DNA from: Convolutriloba macropyga | Lineage: Eukaryota | Reading direction: 5' to 3' | Length of the DNA: 64,000 nt | NCBI RefSeq assembly: GCF_964194025.1 | Contig: NC_134468.1 | Span: forward strand, 83,824,001-83,888,000 | Shown here: positions 63,569-64,000 of the stretch, in pieces | How the letters are laid out: each line of letters opens with the position of its first letter | Position numbering within the stretch: position 1 is the first letter of the stretch | Notes under the pieces: generated by a model | Told to the model about the DNA's origin: nothing | The model's database searches: none | The model's input: the letters and a program-made list of their open reading frames with translations, nothing else | Program-made: the position numbers and the translations under genes

Positions 63569-64000
63569 GTTAATTTTCTAGTTATGAGTTATTAGTGCCA
63601 GAGCAGCTGTTACCCACGTCAAGGGCATTCAAGAGATAGGATTCCCCGCATCTTTTCTAATTTGGTGCAACGCCCTGGATTACTTACCACAGTGCATTTT
63701 TTTGCAAAGATTTCAGTACGACCCTGTATGGAGATTTTCAAAGCCCTCGCTTTTTCTGATTTGGTGCAATAACACTCAAAATGGTTTAGGTTTTTAATTT
63801 TTAATTTGAATTGTATTGGGGCGCTGTCTTTTTAAGACTCTAATAGGCTTTATGGTCTTTTTTTTTGATAAGAAAGCAGGAAGTTCAGGGAGAACATAAA
63901 GTTTGAAAAAGTTGCTTAGGTAAACAATATTGAAGAGCGGAGAAAATAGAGTGGTTCTTTTGTTCATGCCTTCTTTTGAAACAGATCGAGAAGTTTAGGT

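Overview
AT-rich, intron-rich eukaryotic (animal-like, invertebrate-style) genomic DNA with three assembly gaps; I cannot name the species from the sequence. Host genes, all on +: (1) the 3' exons of an SLC35F5-like DMT/EamA transporter (~182-12463); (2) a complete spliced ROCO gene, LRR-ROC-COR-Death domain (28206-40877), with a tandemly triplicated first LRR exon, a GC-AG intron and degenerate G3/G4 GTPase motifs; (3) the first three coding exons of RSF1 (61203-63568). An unidentified spliced gene may lie on - at ~56138-57925. The rest is mostly mobile DNA. It includes two copies (18100-25465 and 48215-56112) of a Crypton-like element that encodes, in decayed form, SET domain + Zn fingers + tyrosine recombinase, with short inverted termini and hairpin-rich tandem arrays. 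There are also at least 10 whole or partial copies of a Helentron/HINE-like family, several carrying an internal tRNA-like Pol III promoter, a second HINE-like family nested in it, a decayed LINE reverse transcriptase and several minisatellites. Splice models and alignments were read by eye and family assignments rest on recalled motifs; no searches were run.
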